A stretch of DNA of 30,677 nucleotides from Chloroflexota bacterium (GTDB lineage Bacteria > Chloroflexota > Dehalococcoidia > UBA2979), in contig VGPB01000001.1 of NCBI GenBank assembly GCA_016875695.1, positions 1-30,677 of the forward strand, read 5' to 3'. Of this stretch, positions 25,734 to 30,677 are shown piece after piece. The position numbers and the translations under genes were made by a program. The notes below the pieces were generated by a model, which saw only the letters and a list, made by a program, of their open reading frames with translations, was not told the origin of the DNA and did no database searches. How positions within the stretch are numbered: position 1 is the first letter of the stretch; each line of letters opens with the position of its first letter.

Positions 25734-26687
25734 CTACGCGCGCGGCAGCGCGGCGCTCAGGAAGCCATCGAGCGCACTCGCGAAGTCCGCCGGGTTGTCG
25801 GAGTGCACGTTGTGCGTTGCGCGCGCGATCACCACCAGCCGCGCGTCGCGCATGGCCGCCACCGTACGCTCCGCGGCGTCGTGCGCGAGAATCTTGCTGT
25901 CGGCGCCGCGAAACAACAGCGTCGGCACCGCGATCGCGCGCACGTCGGCCCACATCGCCTCGTCCGCGCGGTCGCGGCGCGCCTGCTGCGTGGCCTTCTC
26001 CTCGGCGGGCTGCTCGCGAGGCCGGTAATCCTGCTTCCACGTCCAGCCCTCCGCCGTCTGCTTCAGACTGTGCGTGAGGCTGTACTGCAGGTGCTCCGGC
26101 GCTCGATGCGGCATGAACTTCCCGGCGCGCTCGAGGAAGTCCTCGACGCGGCTCAGCGTCTCGGTGGCTTCGCGGAACTGCTCCATCTCGATTTGCCCCG
26201 CGCGCATCGTCTCCGGCGCGATGTCGACGATACCGAGCGCGGCGAGGCCCGCGGGGTGCTCCGCCGCGAAGCGGATCGCGTTCATGCCGCCCATCGACAT
26301 GCCGACGAGCGCGTACGACGCGTAGCCGAGGTGCGCGATGAACTGGCGCGTGTCCTCCAACATCAGCTCGTTGTTGTCCAGGTCGAGCTGGTCGCCGGGC
26401 GTCCACTCCGTGTCGCCGTGCCTGCGCTGGTCGAGCGCGACGAGGTGGTAGCGGTCGCGCAGCAGCAGCGCGGCCATGTCCCATGTGTGCGCCGTCAGCG
26501 AGCCGCCGTGCAGCAGCACGACGTGCGGCAGGTGTGCGTTCCCCCAGTCGAGGTAGTGGAAGCGGATGCCGTTGAGCTGCAGCCAGTGATCCTCCGGCCG
26601 CACGATCGCGGATGGGTTGAGCCCCGCAGCCTTCGCAGCCGCTGCCATCAGCTTGCTGTAGTCGGTCTGGCCGGTCGTCGCAGTCAT
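25734..26687 (-). CDS. Alpha/beta-fold hydrolase
   Basis: VVLLHGG oxyanion motif, nucleophile GMSMGG, LLFRGADS, catalytic HNVHSDNP. Confidence 0.92.
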   Translation of the reverse strand: MTATTGQTDYSKLMAAAAKAAGLNPSAIVRPEDHWLQLNGIRFHYLDWGNAHLPHVVLLHGGSLTAHTWDMAALLLRDRYHLVALDQRRHGDTEWTPGDQLDLDNNELMLEDTRQFIAHLGYASYALVGMSMGGMNAIRFAAEHPAGLAALGIVDIAPETMRAGQIEMEQFREATETLSRVEDFLERAGKFMPHRAPEHLQYSLTHSLKQTAEGWTWKQDYRPREQPAEEKATQQARRDRADEAMWADVRAIAVPTLLFRGADSKILAHDAAERTVAAMRDARLVVIARATHNVHSDNPADFASALDGFLSAALPRA

Positions 26688-26724
26688 CCGTCGAGCTCCT
26701 TCTGCGTACGTCGCTGCGTGTGTG

Positions 26725-27933
26725 CTAGCCGCGCGGCAGCCCTAACCCGCGCGTCGTGATGATGTTGCGCTGGATCTCCGACGATCCTCCCCCGATTGTC
26801 GAGGGAATCAAGCGAATGTAGCCTTCGATGTGTGCACCACGTAGCGGCGCCTCCACGTCGCCCGGCCACAGCTGCCCGAACAGCCCGAACGTCCGCACGC
26901 CCACGCGGTGCAGCTCCTGGCCGTGCTCCGAGGAGAACATTTTCGCCACCGACACCTCGTGGTTCGACACCATGCCCGCCGTCGGGACCGACGCGACGCG
27001 CAGCGAGAAGTTGTACGCCACCTCGATCGCGATCGCGCGGTCCGCCAGCCGCTCGCGCAGGTGTGGGTTGCGCCCGAGCACCGAGCACGCGTCTGAGCAC
27101 GCCACCGCAGCGAGCTCGCCGAAGCTCCGCCGCTGCCCCACCGCGTCCGAAATGCCGGAGCGCTCAAAGTCGAGCAGCGTCATGCCGACGTACCAGCCGC
27201 GATTGACCTTGCCAACGATGTTCGCGGCCGAGATGCGCACGTCCTCGAAGAACGTCTCGTTCATCTCGTGCCCCCATGCGGCGTCGATGAGCGGGTGCAC
27301 CATCAGCCCCGGCGTCTCGATGTCCTCCACGAGCACGAACGAGATGCCGCGGTGCTTCGGCGCATTCGGATCCGTGCGCACGAGCACGAACAACGCGTCC
27401 GCGAAGTGCGCCGACGACGTCCAGATCTTCTGCCCGTTGAATACGTACTCGTCGCCGCCGCGCACCGCGCGCATCTGCAGCGATGCGAGACCCGACCCCG
27501 CGCCCCGCTCGGAGTAGTCCTGCGCCCACGCCGTCGCGCCAGACAGGGTCTGCGGCAGGTAGCGCTGCTTCTGCTCCTCGCTGCCGTGCACGATGAGCGT
27601 CGGACCGAGCATCACCACGCCAGAGCCGCCGACCATCGGCGCGTGCGCGCGTGCCATCTCCTCGTTGAAGATGAACTGCTCCCAGGTCGACAGGCCCGCG
27701 CCGCCGTACTCGCGGGGCCAGTGCGGCGCGACCCAGCCGCGCTCCACCAGTGCGGCCGCCCAGTCCTCGGCGGCCGCGCGCAGCGTCGCGTCGGGGGCGC
27801 GGCGGTGGCGATACCAGCTCAGCATCCCGGCGCCCACGCTGCCATCGCGGTGCGCCTCCGACAGCCGCGCGCCGATGAAGCGCGCCACCTCGGCGTGGAA
27901 CGCGGCCTGCGCCGGCGTGTCGTTCCAGTCCAT
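26725..27933 (-). CDS. Acyl-CoA dehydrogenase family protein (possibly degenerate)
   Basis: WPREYGGAG, GPTLIVHGSEEQK, NGQKIWTS, RTDPNAPKHRGIS, LDFERSG, IGGGSSEIQRNII; several normally conserved residues are substituted. Confidence 0.88.
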   Translation of the reverse strand: MDWNDTPAQAAFHAEVARFIGARLSEAHRDGSVGAGMLSWYRHRRAPDATLRAAAEDWAAALVERGWVAPHWPREYGGAGLSTWEQFIFNEEMARAHAPMVGGSGVVMLGPTLIVHGSEEQKQRYLPQTLSGATAWAQDYSERGAGSGLASLQMRAVRGGDEYVFNGQKIWTSSAHFADALFVLVRTDPNAPKHRGISFVLVEDIETPGLMVHPLIDAAWGHEMNETFFEDVRISAANIVGKVNRGWYVGMTLLDFERSGISDAVGQRRSFGELAAVACSDACSVLGRNPHLRERLADRAIAIEVAYNFSLRVASVPTAGMVSNHEVSVAKMFSSEHGQELHRVGVRTFGLFGQLWPGDVEAPLRGAHIEGYIRLIPSTIGGGSSEIQRNIITTRGLGLPRG

Positions 27934-28038
27934 CGCGTCCCCTCTAGCGGCCTCCGCGCGATCCGGAGCCGCGTGGCCTCATGCCTCGACGAGCCTACTC
28001 CGTCGCGCGCCCCGCCGGGCGCTCGCCAGCGGCGGCGA

Positions 28039-28067
28039 TTGACACGCGCACCGTGAACGCGAACGAT
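28039..28067 (+). promoter_or_regulatory. Possible sigma70 promoter of the selenoprotein gene
   Basis: Perfect TTGACA (28039-28044) with a weak -10 AACGAT at 17-bp spacing. Confidence 0.35.
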
Positions 28068-28108
28068 AGGCAAAGCATCGACCCCCCCGGCGTGCACCAG
28101 GAGCCACC

Positions 28109-29188
28109 GTGAGCGTCACCATCCTCTACGAAGACGCGGGGACGGCGACCGCGCCGACCGCCGAGGCGAGCGGCGACGACCTGTGGCTCGGCCCGGCCGA
28201 GCTCGTTGCGGCGAGCGGCTGGGAGATCAAGCCGGAAGGCGTGTGCCGCGAGGAGATCTGCGTGCCGGTGCCCGCCGACCGCGCCGCGCAGCTCGTGCGC
28301 GACGGCGCCGGCGGCCAGTGGCTCAACCTCGCGGCGTTCGCGCGCTACATCGAGCAGCCGTACGCGCGCGACGACTCAGGCGGCGCGTGGGCGTTCGCCG
28401 CCCCCGCGAGCGAGCGCCGCACGGCGCTGCTCACGCTCGAAGCGCCCGATTTCACGCTCACCGACCTCGATGGCCGCGCCTACACGCTGTCCGCGTTCCG
28501 CGGGCAAAAGGTGCTACTCGCGCTCTGGGCCTCGTGGTGAGGCTGCCGCTTCGACCTGCCGGTCTGGCAGGCCTTCCGCACCGAGATGCACGACCAAGGC
28601 TTCGAGGTCATCACCGTCGCGTGTGAGACCAAGGGACGTGCCGGCGCCGAGCAGTGGCTCGCGGCGGCGCAGCCCAAGCATCCCTCGCTGATCGATCCGC
28701 ATCACCTCGTGCCGGAGCTGTACAACACGCGCAACGTGCCGGCCGTGTTCTGGATCGACGAGGCCGGGCGCATTGTGCGGGCGAACGATCCCATCTACAT
28801 CCGCCGCGAGAACCGTGAGACGCACGAGGTCACGATCAACGAGCGCTACCTCGAAGGTGTGCGTGACTGGATCCGCAACGGCTCCGCGAGTCGATGGGTG
28901 ACCGAGGCCGCCGAGACCGCGCGGCGCATCGGCGAGCCGGACGCCGCCGACACGCAGGCGCGCGCGCACTTCCGCCTCGGCATCTACCTGCACGAGCAAG
29001 GGCGCACGGACGAGGCGATCGCGCAGTTCAAGCGCGCGCACGAGCTCAAGCCCGACAACTGGAACTACAAGCGCCAGGCGTGGAACCTGGGCGACGCGCA
29101 GCGCGACTACGGCACGACGGTGATCGAGGCGATTCGCAACGGCACGATTCCGTTCTACCCGCCGCTCGAGATGCCGGACCCCGTGTAG
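28109..29188 (+). CDS. Selenoprotein: TlpA/ResA-like redoxin with WAxxUGC motif, N-terminal extension and C-terminal TPR-like region (359 aa)
   Basis: ORFs 28109-28540 and 28586-29188 are one frame broken only by TGA 28538-28540 in LWASW-U-GCRFDLP, the redox-active position; SECIS-like hairpin follows; AGGAG RBS. Confidence 0.88.
28555..28571 (+). promoter_or_regulatory. Bacterial SECIS-like apical hairpin
   Basis: CCTGCC-GGTCT-GGCAGG: a 6-bp stem with a 5-nt loop starting with G, about 20 nt after the in-frame TGA. Confidence 0.7.
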
Positions 29189-29239
29189 AGCCCACTCGCT
29201 ATGCTGTCGCGCCATGAGCACGCGCGGCAACAGCGCCCG

Positions 29240-30507
29240 ATGACCGCCGGCGTTCCCGCGCCGGCGCGCCTGCGCCGCCACCCCTTCTTCGGCTGGTACA
29301 TCCTGCTCGCCAGCGCGACGAACAATTTCGTCGTGTTCGGCCTACGATCTGGGGCTTCGACATCTTCATCGAGCCGCTGCGCTAGGAGTTCGGCTGGAGC
29401 ACCGCCATCATCGCCGGCGGCTTCTCGATTCGCAGCTTTGAGGCTGGCTTCCTCGCGCCGTTCGTCGGCGTGCTCATCGATCGCTTCGGTCCGCAGCTCA
29501 TGCTCATCGCGGACACGCTGATCCTCGCGCTCGGCCTGCTCGCGTTCGCGTTGGTGCAATCGATCGAGATGTACTACCTCGCGAGCCTGCTAGTGGCGCT
29601 CGGCCAGAGCGTCGGCTCCTTCACCGCGTACTCGACTGCTGTGATGCGCTGGTTCGTACGCAAGCACGGCCGCGCGATCGGGCTGATGGACGCTGGCAAC
29701 GGCGCCGGCTACCTGCTCGTGCCGCTCGTCGCGTTCATCGTCACACACGCCGGCTGGCGCGCTGCGATGGTCGCCGGCGCGGTGCTGCTCGTCAGCATCG
29801 CGCTGCCGCTTGCGCTCTTCGTGCGCGACGCGCCAGCGCCGCCCGGCCTGCGGCCGGACGGCGACCCGCTCGACGCCGACTCGGCGCACGACACTGCGCT
29901 CGCAGGGCAGCAGGGCGCCTCCGTCGGCGAGGCGCTGCGCACGCCCGCGTTCTACCTCATGGTCGCGGCGCAAGCCGGAGGCGGCGCGCTGATCAGCGGC
30001 TGGACGGCGCACACGATCCCGCACCTGCGGGACGGCAGCTTCTCGCTCGCCGCCGCGACTACCGTCGGCGTCGTGTACGCGCTGTGCCAGCTCGCGTTCC
30101 GGCCCGCCGCGGGCGTCGTCGGCGACCGCGTGTGGCGTCGACGCATGCTCGTACTCGCGTACCTTTTGCAGGCGGTGGGCATCGTCGTGTTTGCGTTCGT
30201 GACGCGCGAGCGCGTGCTGCTGCTATCGTTATACTACGCGACCTTCGCGTTCGGACAGGCCGCGTGGAGCGTGCTGCAGATGTCGGTCGTCGCGGACCTG
30301 TTCGGCCCGCGCCGCTTCGCGATGATCTTCGGGCTGCTCGGCATCATGCAGGTGCCGGCGAGTCTCGCGTCGCCCGTGATCGCGGGCGCGGTGTTCGACG
30401 CGCGCAGTACGTACGTGCCGGTGTTCGTCGCCTACGCCGGCTGCGCCCTCGCCGCCGCGCTCGCGCTGGCGCTCAGCCGGCGCGCTCCGCTCGACGCCGG
30501 CGGCTAG
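29240..30507 (+). pseudogene. MFS transporter (OFA/MCT-like) pseudogene
   Basis: FFGWYIL...VVFG in one frame continues after a 1-nt deletion (~29342) as TIWGFDIFIEPLR-TAG(29383-29385)-EFGWS...LIDRFGP, in frame with the 29470-30507 ORF: one frameshift plus one nonsense codon. Confidence 0.85.
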
Positions 30508-30511
30508 CGGG

Positions 30512-30677
30512 CTACGCCGCGCGCGAGGCGAACGCGGGCAGCACCGCCTCGCCGAACAGCTGCACACCATCGAGCGCGGGCAGCTCCGGGAACACGAGAA
30601 ACACCCACGCGATGCCCGCCGCTTCGAGCGCACGCAGCCGCGCGACTACCTCGGCGGGCGTGCCGACGAGGGCGGCG
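30512..30677 (-). CDS. LLM-class flavin-dependent oxidoreductase, C-terminal end (runs off the window)
   Basis: Manual translation ...AALVGTPAEVVARLRALEAAGIAWVFLVFPELPALDGVQLFGEAVLPAFASRAA-TAG; VGTPxEV and LFxExVLP are typical luciferase-like termini. Confidence 0.8.
   Translation of the reverse strand, partial: AALVGTPAEVVARLRALEAAGIAWVFLVFPELPALDGVQLFGEAVLPAFASRAA

Noticed and set aside
1-30677. CRISPR array, rRNA or known defence system
   Set aside because: No regularly spaced repeats, rRNA-like sequence or cas/restriction-modification/toxin motifs were seen.

Overview
The window comes from a high-GC bacterium, most likely Chloroflexota of the Dehalococcoidia/Tepidiforma type. This is inferred from the GAAC-N4-GTTC SOS box, the TAT-exported family-5 solute-binding lipoprotein, and the LLM and acyl-CoA dehydrogenase content. 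It has two parts. (1) ~128-14799 is a lower-GC island ending in a displaced 3' half of tRNA-Asp(GTC), an attR-like site. It encodes a Mycobacterium DosR/DevR-like response regulator, a PAS-PAS HisKA_3 kinase with a FixL-like His, five universal stress protein genes (7 USP domains), YceI, an ABM-type protein, a cupredoxin-fused two-domain multicopper oxidase, an APC permease, DoxX and several small proteins. A recurring GAC-N-WW-N-GTC palindrome (Dos-box-like) lies upstream of most transcription units, so this looks like a self-contained mobile hypoxia/redox (dormancy-type) regulon. (2) 14800-30677 is very GC-rich backbone. It holds hbd, a DM13 protein, a LexA-box-controlled imuB-like/small ORF/dnaE2 mutagenesis cassette without imuA, a damaged REC-Hpt gene, an orphan ABC solute-binding protein, SMP-30, an alpha/beta hydrolase, a degenerate acyl-CoA dehydrogenase, a WAxxUGC selenoprotein with a SECIS-like hairpin, an MFS pseudogene and the end of an LLM oxidoreductase. 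Bases 1-127 are an exact copy of 18549-18675 (inside dnaE2), probably an assembly-graph (k=127) artefact or a rearrangement junction. No CRISPR array, rRNA, intact tRNA or integrase was seen.
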